From Desulfurivibrionaceae bacterium (GTDB lineage: Bacteria > Desulfobacterota > Desulfobulbia > Desulfobulbales > SURF-16): a stretch of 44,205 nt of DNA. The translations under genes and the position numbers were made by a program. Under the pieces are notes generated by a model. That model was not told the DNA's origin. It saw only the letters and a program-made list of their open reading frames with translations, and made no database searches. The stretch is from assembly GCA_041562995.1 (NCBI GenBank), contig JBFFNX010000002.1, positions 1 to 44,205 of the forward strand, in the 5' to 3' direction. Positions 8,934 to 17,756 of this stretch are shown here, one piece after another (the first letter of the stretch is position 1; every line of letters starts with the position of its first letter).

Positions 8934-9530
8934 ATGATTCCTTTTCAGAGTCTACAGGAGGCGGCAATAATCATTAAACAGGGTGGTGTTGTCGCCTTCC
9001 CCACCGAGACCTATTACGGTCTGGCTGTTGACCCCTTTAACGAGACAGCTTTGGATAAACTCTTCAGGCTGAAAAAAAGGCCTGAAAATAAGCCGCTTCT
9101 TACCCTTATTTCTGGCCTGGAACAGCTTCCTGCCCTCGCCGAATCTGTCCCCCCTTGTTTTTCGGCCCTCATGAAATTGTGGCCGGGGCCTTTAACTTTG
9201 GTTTTTCCTGCCCGTAAAGAGCTCTCGCACCGGCTTACTGCCGGCACAAAAACCATCGGTGTTCGTATCTCTTCCCATCCTGTGGCCCAACATTTTGTAG
9301 CGTTGTGCGGTCATCCGCTTACTGCCACCAGTGCAAATCTTTCAGGAGAGCGTGCCGCAAACTCGGCCCAGGAAGTGGCGGCACAATTTTCAGCTGATCT
9401 TGACTATATTATTGATGGCGGTGAGACCCCCGGTGGTAAAGGTTCGACTCTGGTGGGTTGTGTTGCCGGTCGGCCCGTCCTCCTGCGGCGCGGCATCCTT
9501 GCCCCGGAATCTCTCTCCGGGCTGTTCTAA
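8934..9530 (+). CDS. tsaC: L-threonylcarbamoyladenylate synthase (YrdC/TsaC type)
   Basis: 198 aa, YrdC domain only. Motifs: 'GGVVAFPTETYYGLAVDP', 'LFRLKKRPENKPL', 'SANLSGE'. Confidence 0.85.
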   Translation: MIPFQSLQEAAIIIKQGGVVAFPTETYYGLAVDPFNETALDKLFRLKKRPENKPLLTLISGLEQLPALAESVPPCFSALMKLWPGPLTLVFPARKELSHRLTAGTKTIGVRISSHPVAQHFVALCGHPLTATSANLSGERAANSAQEVAAQFSADLDYIIDGGETPGGKGSTLVGCVAGRPVLLRRGILAPESLSGLF

Positions 9531-9711
9531 GAGGGTTTTGGTTTATTTGCAGGAGGTGGTTCTCCTTTTTGCTGATAATTGAGGGGAGCGAGTTGGCCCA
9601 TAGGAAAATAATCCTATCTGCCAACAGCATGTCTTTGCTATTCTTTTAAGAGTTATGTGTTGGCTCTTTGTGTTTTTTGGGCTTTTAGTGCCCCTTGTGA
9701 GGAAATAAATT

Positions 9712-10038
9712 ATGGTTGATCTCCATTGGAAACGCGAATTTGCCCTGGAGCAGGCAGGAGAGGATGAAGAGCTCCTTGCCGAGTTGCTCGACCTTTTACG
9801 TGAATCGAGCTCCGGTGATTTGGCAAAAATTAAATCGGCCCATGAAACGGGTGATGCGGTAAAAATGGGTGAAGCAGCCCATAGCATCAAGGGTGCCGCT
9901 GCAAGTCTCGGTGTTGAGACGTTGCGCGATGTTGCCTACGGTATAGAGAAGGCCGGGCGTGAAAATGATCTAGCTGCTGCTGCTTCATTCTTGCCAGCCC
10001 TCGAAAGTATGATCGGCGAACTTTCCACCTTGAAATAG
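9712..10038 (+). CDS. Histidine phosphotransfer (Hpt) domain protein
   Basis: 108 aa. 'AAHSIKGAAASLG' is the HxxKG phospho-histidine motif. A GAGGAA SD precedes the start. Confidence 0.8.
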   Translation: MVDLHWKREFALEQAGEDEELLAELLDLLRESSSGDLAKIKSAHETGDAVKMGEAAHSIKGAAASLGVETLRDVAYGIEKAGRENDLAAAASFLPALESMIGELSTLK

Positions 10039-10134
10039 GATTGTTTTGCTCTTTTTAGACATAAAAAAACTGATTTCCATAGCAACGGGCTAAACGTTAC
10101 TATGATTCCCCGGAAGCGCACACCTAGTGCACCC

Positions 10135-10167
10135 GAACAGAAACGCGAAGAGTTCGCGTTTCTGTTC
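10135..10167. other. Perfect 15-bp stem / 3-nt loop hairpin
   Basis: GAACAGAAACGCGAA-gag-TTCGCGTTTCTGTTC. No flanking U-tract on either strand. It lies between the Hpt and HDOD genes. Confidence 0.5.
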
Positions 10168-10237
10168 GTTGGCCTATAAGGCTTTAGCTGCGATCGAGTC
10201 GTAGAGTCGTAATCAGATAAATAAAACTCTCAAGCCT

Positions 10238-11083
10238 ATGCCTACAGCCAGAACCCTTGTCAGCCAGTTTAATGATCTCAAAACCCTGCCCCATGTTGCC
10301 ATTCGTGTCACCCAGCTGGTGAATTCTGATTCAGCAAATATGAAGGATTTTGAGGAGATTATTAAGCTTGACCCCATTCTCATTATTCGTCTTTTAAAAC
10401 TCGTTAACAGTCCCTATTTTGGCCTGGTTAATAAGGTTGAGTCCATCTCCAAGGCCGTGGTTTATGTGGGCATGAAGAATTTGCGGAATCTCGTTGCCAT
10501 TGAGGCGATTCGCAATCTTTTTAAGGAGGACGATAAGCAGGGATTTTCAAGGCGGCAGTTATGGAAACATAGTGCCACTGTTGCCATTTTATCGAGAATG
10601 ATTGCTGAACGAATTTTTGGTCTGGCCGGTGAAGATGAGTTTCTTGCCGGTATTATCCATGATATTGGCCTGATTATTGAAGACCAGCTCGCGGGTAAGG
10701 AGTTGCGTGAGGCTGCCCGGCTTTACAGCGTCGGCGATAAAGTCATTACCAGCTATGAAGAAGGAATTATTGAAACAAATCATTGCCGAGTGGGGGGATT
10801 GTTGGTTTTTGACTGGAAGATGCCTGAGGGAGTTGTCGAGGCCATCAAAAAACACCATGATCACGATAAGATCTATCCCATCCCCAGTATCACAAGTATT
10901 CTGCATATTTCTGAATACATCGCAAGTCGCTTGGATTATGGCTTGATCCAAGGCCGAAAAGATCCCCTTCCCGGGTATTTAACATCCCACCTGAAGAGCA
11001 AAATGGCAGATTATAAGGTTCTTATTAAAGATTTTCCGGCCGAAATGAAAAATGCCGAAGAACTTTATGGTGATGAGGAATAA
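10238..11083 (+). CDS. HDOD domain signalling protein
   Basis: '[46 protein letters not shown]' and 'HDIGLII' are typical of HDOD. Confidence 0.85.
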   Translation: MPTARTLVSQFNDLKTLPHVAIRVTQLVNSDSANMKDFEEIIKLDPILIIRLLKLVNSPYFGLVNKVESISKAVVYVGMKNLRNLVAIEAIRNLFKEDDKQGFSRRQLWKHSATVAILSRMIAERIFGLAGEDEFLAGIIHDIGLIIEDQLAGKELREAARLYSVGDKVITSYEEGIIETNHCRVGGLLVFDWKMPEGVVEAIKKHHDHDKIYPIPSITSILHISEYIASRLDYGLIQGRKDPLPGYLTSHLKSKMADYKVLIKDFPAEMKNAEELYGDEE

Positions 11084-12840
11084 TGGACGATTTATTTGCA
11101 GCGGTTTTTGACGAACTGGTTGACAGCGATGACGAGCGCTTGGCCCTCCTCGGGTCAATTGCCGCCATGCTACCAGGTGTCTCTATCGCCATTGTCAAGA
11201 AAGAGGGCAGGGTCGTCGGCGATTTGCCCGATGAGTCCATGGAGATTCTTGACTCCCTGCTGCGCAAGGCCCAGGGGGCAACGGAAATCGTCAGTGCTGA
11301 AAATTCCATGGGAGCGTGGAGCTATGCCTTTTGCCTGAAACCGCCTGACACCCTTGTCTTTACACTTCCGGCCTACGGCCGCGATATTTGTGCCGACCCT
11401 CTCCTTTCTCAGTTATGTGCCAATACCTTGCAACTTGCCCTTGTGCGGAATGAGAAAAACGAGGCAATGCTCGAATCTGAACAGCTCCATCGCCAGATAG
11501 ATGTTTTGAAAAAAAAGCACTCGATGCTCATTGATGACAATCATGATCAATATCTCCGCCTCCAGGAAAACGAGAAGGAGTACGCCAAGGAGCTTGAAAG
11601 TGAGATTGCCCGCCAGACAAAAGAGCTCCGGGAAACGAATCAACAACTTGAAGATGCCAGCAGGTTGAAAAGTGAGTTCCTGGCCAATATGAGCCATGAA
11701 CTGCGGACCCCCATGAACGCCATTATTGGTTTCTCAGGTCTTCTTCTTGAGGCAGAGCTCAATGAGGAACAGCTCGATTTTATTCAGACAATTAGAAATG
11801 CGGCGGATAGTCTTCTTGTTTTGATCAATGACATCCTGGACTTGGCAAAAGTCGAATCCGGCAAACTCGATTTGGCCTCGGATATTGTTTGTCTGGAGGA
11901 TCTTGCCCGCAGTGTCAGTGAAATGCTGGCAGCCCAAGCGGCCAACCGGGGAAATAGCATCAGGGTGGATATTGATTCTTCGCTGCCCCCCCTGGTACTT
12001 GGTGATGAGGTCCGTTTACGGCAGATTTTGATCAACCTGGTTGGCAATGCCTTAAAATTTACCGAAAATGGTACCGTTGATATCACTCTGAAAGGTGGAA
12101 AGGCAAAAGGGAAAGATCAGGTCATTTTTGAGGTTTGTGATACGGGTATCGGAATTCCAGCCCATCGGCTCGATGCCATTTTTGAAAAATTTACCCAGGC
12201 GGACGGTTCCACTACCAGAAAATATGGGGGCACGGGCTTAGGGCTTTCTATTTGCTATCAGCTCGTGGAACTAATGGGTGGCCAGATTACCGTTGACAGT
12301 ACCGAGGGTGTGGGGTCAGTCTTCCGTTGCGTTATTCCACTTCCCAAGGTCAGCGGCGAGGCACAGGAGAGCAAAAAGGCCGAGGTGTTAACAGCTTCAA
12401 AAGCCGTTACTGAGAATGGTGCCAGTATCACAGTGCTTCTTGTGGAAGATAACCTGGTGAACCAGAAACTGGCCAAGCTCCTTATTCAGCGCCAGGGCTG
12501 CGAGGTGGAGGTGGCCGGCGATGGCCTTGAGGCCCTTGAGTCTCTGAAGACTAAAAAAATAGATCTTGTCCTCATGGATGTCCAAATGCCAAATTTGGAT
12601 GGCTTGGAGGCCACCAAAAAAATACGTGACATTGAAGGGCTGGCTGAGGAGAGGAAAAAATACGCGAGCCTTCAGGACGCAAACAAGCACCTGCCCATTG
12701 TCGGTTTGACGGCCAGTGCCCGTAAAGAAGACGAACAGAGTTGCTATGATGCCGGCATGGATGGTTTCCTGACCAAACCGATTAATAAGGACAAGTTCGC
12801 TGAGACCTTAAATGCCTACAGGGAAAAGGTTGTGATGTGA
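11083..12840 (+). CDS. Cytoplasmic hybrid sensor histidine kinase/response regulator
   Basis: H-box '[14 protein letters not shown]', N/G boxes '[10 protein letters not shown]' and 'DTGIGI...GGTGLGLSI', and a C-terminal REC 'VLLVEDN...[10 protein letters not shown]...TKP'. No TM segment is visible in the roughly 190-aa N-terminal region. The start overlaps the HDOD stop (TAATG). Confidence 0.9.
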   Translation: MDDLFAAVFDELVDSDDERLALLGSIAAMLPGVSIAIVKKEGRVVGDLPDESMEILDSLLRKAQGATEIVSAENSMGAWSYAFCLKPPDTLVFTLPAYGRDICADPLLSQLCANTLQLALVRNEKNEAMLESEQLHRQIDVLKKKHSMLIDDNHDQYLRLQENEKEYAKELESEIARQTKELRETNQQLEDASRLKSEFLANMSHELRTPMNAIIGFSGLLLEAELNEEQLDFIQTIRNAADSLLVLINDILDLAKVESGKLDLASDIVCLEDLARSVSEMLAAQAANRGNSIRVDIDSSLPPLVLGDEVRLRQILINLVGNALKFTENGTVDITLKGGKAKGKDQVIFEVCDTGIGIPAHRLDAIFEKFTQADGSTTRKYGGTGLGLSICYQLVELMGGQITVDSTEGVGSVFRCVIPLPKVSGEAQESKKAEVLTASKAVTENGASITVLLVEDNLVNQKLAKLLIQRQGCEVEVAGDGLEALESLKTKKIDLVLMDVQMPNLDGLEATKKIRDIEGLAEERKKYASLQDANKHLPIVGLTASARKEDEQSCYDAGMDGFLTKPINKDKFAETLNAYREKVVM

Positions 12841-12901
12841 TCACAGACCTATGGCTGTTTTCTTGTTTGCTACGGGGAGTGCTGATCGCTGCCTGTTTTG
12901 G

Positions 12902-13303
12902 TCAATCCTTTTCTTGCTTGAGTACCCTCTGGACTTCTGTTTCCAATTTCTCCCAGGAGTAGGGCTTGGCAATATAACCATCACATTGATTGTTGAAAGA
13001 TTTCAGAATATTTTGTGAATCATCAAGGGCCGTTGTCATGATAATCTTGGCGCGTTTGCCGGAATCATTGTCAAGTTCGGCCTCAACCCGGCGGATCGCT
13101 TCCAGGGCCTCATGACCATTTAAACGTGGCATCATAATATCGAGACAAACAAGATCATACCCCTCCCCATGCTTGAGCTGCCGAGTGAATAGATTCAATG
13201 CCTCCTGACCATTTTCCGTGACGTCAATGTCCCCGTATTTGGTTAGGAAGTTGAAGAGGACCTTGCGGGCTATAAAGTCATCTTCAGCAATTAAGATTTT
13301 CAT
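12902..13303 (-). CDS. Stand-alone CheY-like response regulator receiver
   Basis: 133 aa. 'MKILIAEDD', 'DLVCLDIMMP' and 'YIAKP' give the receiver acidic pocket, Asp and Lys. Confidence 0.9.
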   Translation of the reverse strand: MKILIAEDDFIARKVLFNFLTKYGDIDVTENGQEALNLFTRQLKHGEGYDLVCLDIMMPRLNGHEALEAIRRVEAELDNDSGKRAKIIMTTALDDSQNILKSFNNQCDGYIAKPYSWEKLETEVQRVLKQEKD

Positions 13304-13350
13304 AAAATATCCATAGAGGTCATTCTAAAATATAGCGGCTTCGCTAAGTA

Positions 13351-13659
13351 CTATGAACTCCGGAGAACAAAATGGTTCTCCAGCCTCATTATAAGAAAGA
13401 GCTCCATGATGTCATCAGAAATATGCACGAGCTCTATTTCTCCCCCACCTGCGTCTTCTAAGCTGTTTTTGGCGGAAATAAGGAGGCCAATACCCGATGA
13501 GTCAATCATCTTAGTCTCTTTTAGGTCAATAATGATCTTTTTTTGACCCTCATTAATAAGACCAAGAAGTTCGTGGCGTAAATCGGCACAGTTGGAGGCG
13601 ATTAAATCGATTCCAGGTGTGATTTCTACTGCCTCATCTTCTTTGACTATCTGACTCAT
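13351..13659 (-). CDS. STAS-domain anti-sigma-factor antagonist (SpoIIAA/RsbV-like)
   Basis: 102 aa. The 'MIDSSGIGLL' motif retains the phosphorylatable serine. Confidence 0.85.
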   Translation of the reverse strand: MSQIVKEDEAVEITPGIDLIASNCADLRHELLGLINEGQKKIIIDLKETKMIDSSGIGLLISAKNSLEDAGGGEIELVHISDDIMELFLIMRLENHFVLRSS

Positions 13660-13708
13660 TTAATTTCCCTGTGAAGATTTAAAAAAATATAACTATTGGC
13701 AACCCATA

Positions 13709-14134
13709 TTAACAGCTGGCCTCGCGACTCAGGCGCAGAATATTACCCTTGTCGTTGTACCGTATACTGTAGCCGTATTGTTGGAGGGCGTAAACTCCAC
13801 GGCCATTCGTCTTTTCAGGTTTTACAGGTTCCCGATTGGTTATATCCTGCCAGTGAAAACCGTCACCTTCATCTTTAATGGTGATCGAAATGTTGGCGCC
13901 TTCAACCAAAACATCAAGTTGAACCTCCTTGCGCCAGTTCATTTTATTGCCATGGATCACGGCATTATTGAGGGCCTCGCGGATCAGAAAAATAAGGGCA
14001 AAAAAATTCGTTTCTAGCTCTATTGTTTGTATAAAAGAAGTTAATTGCTCAACCGCTTCATTAATACCCTCAAAGGACGAAGGCAGTCGATGGTGAAACC
14101 TGTGGATCTTCACTTCTGGCTCAGGAGGTGTCAT
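13709..14134 (-). CDS. Anti-sigma regulatory Ser kinase (RsbW/SpoIIAB-like HATPase)
   Basis: 141 aa. N-box 'REALNNAVIHG', G-box 'DEGDGF', and 'GRGV'. Confidence 0.8.
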   Translation of the reverse strand: MTPPEPEVKIHRFHHRLPSSFEGINEAVEQLTSFIQTIELETNFFALIFLIREALNNAVIHGNKMNWRKEVQLDVLVEGANISITIKDEGDGFHWQDITNREPVKPEKTNGRGVYALQQYGYSIRYNDKGNILRLSREASC

Positions 14135-14369
14135 CGCGTCGATATGGGGTCATCGAGTAGTTTGTTTTGGTGGTTATTCTCTTTCCTGGATCGTTTGCAA
14201 TTATGGTTCGTATTCAATTATTTCATCCCGGCAAATGGAAAGTCAAACTTTTCTTTGTAGGAGGAAAGGTAGTTTGCGGCCTGTGAGAGCTCGCGAGAGG
14301 GGAAGTTGCTGTGGATAGAAACCAAGGTAAGCCGGGAGCTGGGTTTCGCCTTGTTATGTAATGTTACGG

Positions 14370-14846
14370 TTAAAAATTGAGAAATTCATCGAGACGATAA
14401 CACATGTTCCCATGGGCAGTTATTGTTATTTGTCTGGTTTCCGGGGTAGGGGTGATCAGTTCAATTTCCAGATAATCACTGGGGGTGAGGTCGCCAAGAC
14501 GCTCAGGCCATTCGATAACGGTGAGACCTTGACCATAGATATACTCATCAAAACCAAGTTCCTCGATCTCTTCTTCATTGGCTAAACGATAGAGATCCAT
14601 GTGGTAGAGGGGGATACGGCCTGGATATTCATGGAGCAGGCTGAAGGTGGGACTGGTGATATAACAGCTGGGAGCAACCTGCAACCCTTTGCCGATGGCC
14701 TGGGTCAAGGTTGTTTTGCCGGCACCGAGATCGCCGGTGAGCAAAATTATATCGCCAGCCTGGGCCACGGTACCGATGTGGTAGCCAAAGGCCATTGTTT
14801 GCTCCAGGTCAGCCAGGGTGAAACGGGCGGATTTTTTATCTACCAT
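14370..14846 (-). CDS. tsaE: tRNA t6A37 biosynthesis ATPase TsaE
   Basis: 'LTGDLGAGKTTLTQAI' P-loop, 'SPTFSL' and 'HMDLYRL' are the YjeE signature. Confidence 0.9.
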   Translation of the reverse strand: MVDKKSARFTLADLEQTMAFGYHIGTVAQAGDIILLTGDLGAGKTTLTQAIGKGLQVAPSCYITSPTFSLLHEYPGRIPLYHMDLYRLANEEEIEELGFDEYIYGQGLTVIEWPERLGDLTPSDYLEIELITPTPETRQITITAHGNMCYRLDEFLNF

Positions 14847-15117
14847 TGGTATCTACCTTTTTATGGCAGAAGAGGCAGCGGTATTTAGGGGGATGGTCTG
14901 CGGGTAGCGGCACATCTCCCTCCGGGTAATGGCATGACTCGCAAAATTTCTCAGCCTCTTTTTTACCCATATTGTAGAAACGGGAATGGTCGTCGTCATA
15001 GGGCATTCGGGCTGTGCTTTCATCAGGGGCGCGGAGGAGAAAAAACAGCAGGGCGCCGCCGACAACGACAAAAATAATGTTGTAGAGCATGGTGTTCTTT
15101 TTTTTCTGGTCTGTCAT
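14836..15117 (-). CDS. Membrane-anchored small dihaem c-type cytochrome
   Basis: 93 aa. There is one N-terminal TM helix (IIFVVVGGALLFFLL) and two CXXCH motifs (CESCH, CLFCH). An AGGAAG SD precedes the start. The gene overlaps the tsaE start by 11 nt. Confidence 0.65.
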   Translation of the reverse strand: MTDQKKKNTMLYNIIFVVVGGALLFFLLRAPDESTARMPYDDDHSRFYNMGKKEAEKFCESCHYPEGDVPLPADHPPKYRCLFCHKKVDTNGR

Positions 15118-15127
15118 GACATACTTC

Positions 15128-16150
15128 CTAGTGGGCCATTTCTAAGGCGGAAAAGGGGATAATCTTCAGTTTGAGGGCAAGGATCAAGCTCTCCATGATG
15201 AGCTGGCAGCCGAATCTGTTTTTGCCGGCTAAGAGCAGGAGGCGGGTATGGCGCTGATGATTTTTAATAAGCCGGTTCAGCCGGAGTGGTTGGTGTTCTG
15301 GGGACAGGATGGTAGCGGCAATTTCCTCACCGGAAATGATGGCCGGCAGGATCCCTTCTCCGGTAAGGCCGGAGGCAAAACCGGCAGCATCGCCGGCCAG
15401 ATAAATATTGTTAAATTTCCAGCCCTGGTAATCAAAATTGATATTAGCGGCCTCGGGTTTTAGACCATGATAATCGATACCTTGACTGTCAAGCCAGGTA
15501 TGCAGACGTTGTTTCAGGATTTTCGGAGAGATATCCTGACGAAAGCAATAGGCGCCCACCGAGGTTCTTTGGGCCTGGGGAAAAATCCAGCAATAACCGG
15601 TGTTGAATTGTTTGGGGTCAAGGTGCCAAACCATCTCCGGCATGGAGGTGGGAATGTGGTACTGAATACCTAAGCCAATTTTTTTTACAGGAAGGTCGAG
15701 AACGCGTCGGACCAGAGAGTTTGAGCCATCTGCTCCCACCAGAAAGTCAAAACTATATGTGCCTTGACTGGTAATTACCTCGGAACAGGTTATTTTCTGA
15801 ACTGCAGTTTCGGTAAGAATTTCTGCGCCGGCCTCAGCTGCCGCCAGTGCCATCCACTGTCCGAGGTTCTCTCGGTTGACCGTCGATACCATGGGACCCT
15901 GGGCGATGATTTTTGTTTTCTGAAAAGCCGATGAAACATTTTGGATGGGAAATTGTCTTTCAACAAGCTGTGCTGGTATGGTCTGTCTCAGGCCTGAGCA
16001 GGTTACGCCGCCGGCGCAGATTTTTGGCCCTATTTTTCTGTTTTTTTCACACAGCAGAACCCGCTTACCATTCGCAGCCAAGATACGGGCACAGCTCAAT
16101 CCTGCCGGACCTGCCCCGATAATTATGCTATGGTAATGATCTTGTCTCAT
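15128..16150 (-). CDS. FAD-dependent oxidoreductase, geranylgeranyl-reductase-like family
   Basis: Rossmann motif 'IIIGAGPAGLSCARILAANGKRVLLCEK' and 'GDAAGFASGLTGEGI'. The first ATG is at 16150; the ORF-track start at 16210 is a TTG. Confidence 0.8.
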   Translation of the reverse strand: MRQDHYHSIIIGAGPAGLSCARILAANGKRVLLCEKNRKIGPKICAGGVTCSGLRQTIPAQLVERQFPIQNVSSAFQKTKIIAQGPMVSTVNRENLGQWMALAAAEAGAEILTETAVQKITCSEVITSQGTYSFDFLVGADGSNSLVRRVLDLPVKKIGLGIQYHIPTSMPEMVWHLDPKQFNTGYCWIFPQAQRTSVGAYCFRQDISPKILKQRLHTWLDSQGIDYHGLKPEAANINFDYQGWKFNNIYLAGDAAGFASGLTGEGILPAIISGEEIAATILSPEHQPLRLNRLIKNHQRHTRLLLLAGKNRFGCQLIMESLILALKLKIIPFSALEMAH

Positions 16151-16376
16151 GGTAAATGTCGATTGCTTATTGTGAGTAGCAAAAGTAGTGGCAGCTGTGT
16201 GGTTATGCAAGAAAAAACTTTGCCCTATCCACGCTTTAAGGTAGTTTTAGTGGTAATCATCGTAAGATGAAAACCTTTTTTTTGAAGGGGAAGCCTTGCT
16301 GTCGCGAGGAGCCGCTTCTTAAGGTTCATTTATGGACGCCCTTCGTAACCAATTTTAACATATCTGGAGAGAATAT

Positions 16377-17747
16377 ATGGGATTGTTAGCGGCAAGTAAG
16401 AGTAGCCGAGCAAAGAGCGGTGGTTCTGCCATTTTTATAGCAATACTATCGTTTATTTTTATCAGTGCAGCTGCCTTGCTGTTTTATGTCAATGAGCGTG
16501 AGCAACCCACCATTACCACGACTCCCTTGCCAGCCTTAATCGGTCCCTTGGCAGATCTTTATTTTGAGGCTGCAGACCAGAAAAGCGGTTTGCGTCATGT
16601 CCAGATCACTGTTGTCCAGGCGAATAAATCGGTACCTGTTGTTGATAAGATCTTTCCCCGACGGAGCTGGATCGGCCAGGCCGGGCCTAAGGACATGGTT
16701 TCCTCGGTGACCCTTGATACCGTACGTCTCGGCCTGGCTGATGGTCCGGCGGAAGTAGTTATCAATGCCCGGGATTACTCCTATTGGCGTTTCGGGGCTG
16801 GTAACGAGAGCCAGGTCATTGTGCCTGTTGAATTTGACACCCAGCCGCCCAAGGTAACCAAAATCGATTCCCCCCGCTATATTAAGCAGGGTGGCGCTGG
16901 TGTTGTCATGTATAAGATGTCTGAGGTGGTGCCGCGCCATGGTGTCATTATCAATGATTATTTCCACCCGGGTTTCCCGGTCAAAGGAAAGCCGGATCTC
17001 TATGGGGCGCTGATAGGGTTGCCCCATGATACGGAAAAAATAACCGATGCCCATGTCTTGGCTGAGGATGCTGCCGGCAATCAGGGCAAGGCGCCCTTTG
17101 GTATGATTCTCAAAAAGAGGGCGGTAAAAAAAGATACCATCAATATCCCGGATTCATTTCTTGAGCTTAAAATCCCGGAATTTTCCCAGTATTATCCCGA
17201 AATGACGGGTTCTAATGTTGAGAAATATCTCTATGTGAACAATAAGGTCCGCAAGGATAATAACCAGAAATTTCGTGAACTCTGCGCTGCCTCTATGCCT
17301 GAGAAACTCTGGAGCGGTAGATTCGGCCGTATGCCGGGCGCTGGGCGGGCCAGCTTTGCCGATCACCGAAGCTATATGTATAAGGGCAAGAAGATCGATA
17401 ACCAGGTTCATCTGGGTAACGATATCGCCTCGGTGCGCCATGCCCAGGTCAAGGCCGCCAATAAGGGCAAGGTGGTCTATGCCGATTACCGTGGAATCTA
17501 TGGCAATACCGTTGTCCTGGATCATGGTACAGGTGTTTTCAGCCTCTACTCTCATATGAGCCAAATCGCGGTTGCGCCCGGCGAGATTATTGAGAAAAAT
17601 GGTCTTCTTGGCGCCACCGGAACTACGGGCATGGCTGGTGGGGATCATCTGCATTTTTCCATGCTGGTGAACGGTATTATGGTGGATCCGCTCGAGTGGT
17701 GGGACGGGTCCTGGCTCGGTCTGCACATCGAGAGTTATCTGCAATAG
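16377..17747 (+). CDS. M23-family metallopeptidase (membrane-anchored)
   Basis: C-terminal 'HLGNDI...GNTVVLDHGTGVFSLYSHM...GATGTTGMAGGDHLHFSMLVNG' contains the HxxxD and HxH LytM motifs. An N-terminal TM helix is present. Confidence 0.88.
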   Translation: MGLLAASKSSRAKSGGSAIFIAILSFIFISAAALLFYVNEREQPTITTTPLPALIGPLADLYFEAADQKSGLRHVQITVVQANKSVPVVDKIFPRRSWIGQAGPKDMVSSVTLDTVRLGLADGPAEVVINARDYSYWRFGAGNESQVIVPVEFDTQPPKVTKIDSPRYIKQGGAGVVMYKMSEVVPRHGVIINDYFHPGFPVKGKPDLYGALIGLPHDTEKITDAHVLAEDAAGNQGKAPFGMILKKRAVKKDTINIPDSFLELKIPEFSQYYPEMTGSNVEKYLYVNNKVRKDNNQKFRELCAASMPEKLWSGRFGRMPGAGRASFADHRSYMYKGKKIDNQVHLGNDIASVRHAQVKAANKGKVVYADYRGIYGNTVVLDHGTGVFSLYSHMSQIAVAPGEIIEKNGLLGATGTTGMAGGDHLHFSMLVNGIMVDPLEWWDGSWLGLHIESYLQ

Positions 17748-17756
17748 GGTTTCCGG

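Noticed and set aside
14135-14369. Sigma-54 promoter upstream of the RsbW-like/STAS/REC trio
   Set aside because: The best candidate (minus-strand ACGAAC-N5-TTGCA) lacks the GG of the -24 element.
16536-17744. 172-aa and 196-aa minus-strand ORFs
   Set aside because: They are antisense shadows of the M23 peptidase gene, with no recognisable motifs.
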